This document shows positions 31,413 to 32,000 of a stretch of DNA of 32,000 nt, one piece after another. Positions within the stretch are counted from its first letter, which is position 1, and each line of letters opens with the position of its first letter. Made by a program: the position numbers and the translations under genes. The DNA is taken from assembly GCF_900232105.1 (NCBI RefSeq), contig NZ_LT934425.1, forward strand, positions 3,000,001-3,032,000, read 5' to 3'. The DNA comes from Candidatus Kuenenia stuttgartensis (GTDB taxonomy: Bacteria > Planctomycetota > Brocadiia > Brocadiales > Brocadiaceae). The notes beneath the pieces were generated by a model. That model made no database searches and was not told where the DNA came from. It saw only the letters and a program-made list of their open reading frames with translations.

Positions 31413-32000
31413 TTGAACAATTTGGAAATGTTTTTCGCATACCTGAGTTACGTAAAAAAGTTCTAATCACACTTGGTTTAATAGCATTGTGTCGGGTAGG
31501 TGTTTATTTACCCATACCCGGTATCGATACTACTGTATTAAAATCGTATTTTAATCAGTTTTCACAGTCCGGAATTGGGCAATTATTAGGAATGGTAGAC
31601 ATGTTTGCAGGCGGTGCCATGTCTTCCGGTGCTATTTTTGGACTAGGAGTGATGCCTTACATCAGTGCCTCTATCATCTTTCAGTTGTTAGTTGGTGTGG
31701 TTCCTTATTTAGAACGGCTACAGAAAGAGGGTGAGGTAGGCAGGAAGAAAATTAATCAATATACACGGATTGCAACCGTAGGTTTGTGTCTTTTCCAAGC
31801 TTTTGTGATGACGAGAACACTTTACACTGTCGAGTTTAATGGAGTTCCAGTTATACCAGTATATTTACAGGGCGTTAGTTTTCAGTTAATGGCGGCAATT
31901 TTACTAACAACTGGCACTATGATCTTGATGTGGATCGGGGAGCAGATAGAAGAGCACGGGATCGGTAGTGGTATATCGATAGTTATTATGGTTGGGATTA
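31409..32000 (+). CDS. secY: Preprotein translocase subunit SecY, N-terminal part (truncated by the window end)
   Basis: Hand translation: MIEQFGNVFRIPELRKKVLITLGLIALCRVGVYLPIPGID...GGAMSSGAIFGLGVMPYISASIIFQLLVGVVPYLERLQKEGEVGRKKINQYTR. Confidence 0.97.
   Translation, partial: MIEQFGNVFRIPELRKKVLITLGLIALCRVGVYLPIPGIDTTVLKSYFNQFSQSGIGQLLGMVDMFAGGAMSSGAIFGLGVMPYISASIIFQLLVGVVPYLERLQKEGEVGRKKINQYTRIATVGLCLFQAFVMTRTLYTVEFNGVPVIPVYLQGVSFQLMAAILLTTGTMILMWIGEQIEEHGIGSGISIVIMVGI

Noticed and set aside
1-32000. CRISPR arrays, retrons, toxin-antitoxin modules, phage genes or a novel multigene defence system
   Set aside because: No direct repeat arrays, RT, nuclease or integrase signatures were found. 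Apart from the edge genes and tRNA spacers, the window is densely filled with housekeeping genes.

Overview
The window is a conserved information-processing region from a bacterium. Gene content and order (rpoC running directly into rpsL, S10/spc clusters on the same strand, 3-TM SecE) suggest Planctomycetota, possibly anammox-like; this is inference, not verified. Left edge, minus strand: a truncated DnaJ-domain protein and a LolC/LolE-type permease. Then, on the plus strand: aroC; tRNA-Thr(TGT), tRNA-Tyr(GTA), tRNA-Gly(TCC), tRNA-Thr(GGT); tuf copy 1; rpmG; tRNA-Trp; secE-nusG-rplKAJL-rpoB-rpoC; rpsL-rpsG-fusA-tuf copy 2; rpsJ-rplC-D-W-B-rpsS-rplV-rpsC-rplP-rpmC-rpsQ-rplN-X-E-rpsN-rpsH-rplF-R-rpsE-rplO-secY (truncated). 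I found no defence system, CRISPR array, transposase, RT or unknown multigene system. The items most worth a second look are: two tuf genes about 99% identical with clustered differences; a four-cysteine insert in EF-Tu; arginine at RpsL position 88, a known streptomycin-resistance substitution; non-canonical residues in the L2 loop near the peptidyl-transferase centre; a ~125 bp nested inverted-repeat (MITE/REP-like) element between tRNA genes; absence of rpmD; and an unusually long rpoB-rpoC gap.
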